In this document: piece after piece, positions 63,532 to 64,000 of the stretch
How the letters are laid out: each line of letters opens with the position of its first letter
How positions within the stretch are numbered: the stretch's first letter is position 1
Source: Halobacteriovorax sp.
GTDB taxonomy: Bacteria; Bdellovibrionota; Bacteriovoracia; Bacteriovoracales; Bacteriovoracaceae
Assembly: GCF_041587335.1 (NCBI RefSeq)
Contig: NZ_JBFGYP010000002.1
Location: forward strand, 3,928-67,927
DNA: 64,000 nucleotides
Direction: 5' to 3'
Notes under the pieces: generated by a model
Told to the model about the DNA's origin: nothing
The model's database searches: none
Seen by the model: the letters and a program-made list of their open reading frames with translations, nothing else
Made by a program: the position numbers and the translations under genes

Positions 63532-64000
63532 GTGAAGGCACTTGAAAGAAGATTAGGACTTATGTCTGTTGTAGCTATTAGTATTAGCGCCATGCTTGGA
63601 AGTGGAATATTTGTTTTACCAAGTTTGGCCATAGAACAGACTGGTCCATCAGTATGGCTAGCATATCTTTTAGCTTCACTATGTGTGCTTCCAGCGTCTA
63701 TGTCAAAATCAGAACTTGCAACGGCAATGCCTACATCAGGCGGAACTTATGTGTACCTTGAAAGAACATTTGGACCTCTCGCCGGAACTGTAGCTGGCCT
63801 CGGTCTTTGGCTATCACTACTATTAAAAGCGGCCTTCGCTCTCGTAGGTTTTGGAGCTTATCTAACAATTTTAGCTGACGTACCACTTATTCCAACAGCG
63901 ATAGTCTCTCTACTTTTCATAACAGTTTTAAACATTTTTGGAGTTGGTAAAGTAAGTAGTGCACTAATGGTTGTAGTGGCCATTGCAATTACATCATTAT
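63532..64000 (+). CDS. APC-superfamily amino-acid permease, N-terminal part (runs off the right window edge)
   Basis: Hand-read GTG start with GAGAGG upstream. KALERRLGLMSVVAISISAMLGSGIFVLP is typical of the APC N-terminus. Open to the window end. Confidence 0.75.
   Translation, partial: MKALERRLGLMSVVAISISAMLGSGIFVLPSLAIEQTGPSVWLAYLLASLCVLPASMSKSELATAMPTSGGTYVYLERTFGPLAGTVAGLGLWLSLLLKAAFALVGFGAYLTILADVPLIPTAIVSLLFITVLNIFGVGKVSSALMVVVAIAITSL

Noticed and set aside
1-64000. Searched for prophage or mobile-element boundaries, tRNA/rRNA genes, CRISPR arrays and long non-coding structured regions.
   Set aside because: I found no integrase, transposase or recombinase motifs, no tRNA-like T-arm sequences and no spaced direct repeats. 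The only gap over 200 nt is 46260-46687.

Overview
AT-rich, densely coding chromosomal segment of about 66 genes. I found no rRNA, tRNA, CRISPR array, integrase or transposase. Gene content points to a predatory Bdellovibrio-like or Bacteriovoracaceae-type organism: two secreted endonuclease I paralogues, a subtilisin, a lytic transglycosylase, and many receiver, PilZ-like and HD-GYP-like signalling proteins. That is an inference I cannot verify here. Core genes are recognisable from motifs: cobB sirtuin, recQ, thiolase, yciA thioesterase, fabH, alkB, trmFO, nadE, bpt, UDP-xylose synthase, a DTW-domain protein, a truncated globin, and MATE and RND/MMPL exporters.

Best candidate for an undescribed system: a plus-strand three-gene island at 14322-19181, bracketed by minus-strand genes. 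It encodes (1) a SWIM-zinc-finger SNF2 helicase, (2) a small MotA/ExbB-type proton-channel protein, and (3) a translationally coupled protein with a MotB/ExbD-like Asp-bearing TM anchor, a coiled coil, a TonB-like Pro/Glu/Lys spacer and a complete-MIDAS VWA domain. The VWA sits where a peptidoglycan-binding or TonB-type domain is normally found. The composition resembles Zorya (MotAB-like stator plus SNF2 helicase), but the parts differ.

Second candidate: a receiver-rich phosphorelay cluster at 57769-63381. It holds a cytoplasmic hybrid kinase, an Hpt protein, six receiver proteins, degenerate PilZ-like outputs and an ankyrin output, with no DNA-binding output.

Other notable loci: a six-gene MoxR-DUF58-transglutaminase-TesA-YbbA-YbbP string, a CarH/LitR-like MerR regulator whose B12 axial His is replaced, and a PhaF-like phasin with a histone-H1-like tail.

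All calls rest on reading the ORF translations and DNA by eye. No database searches were run.
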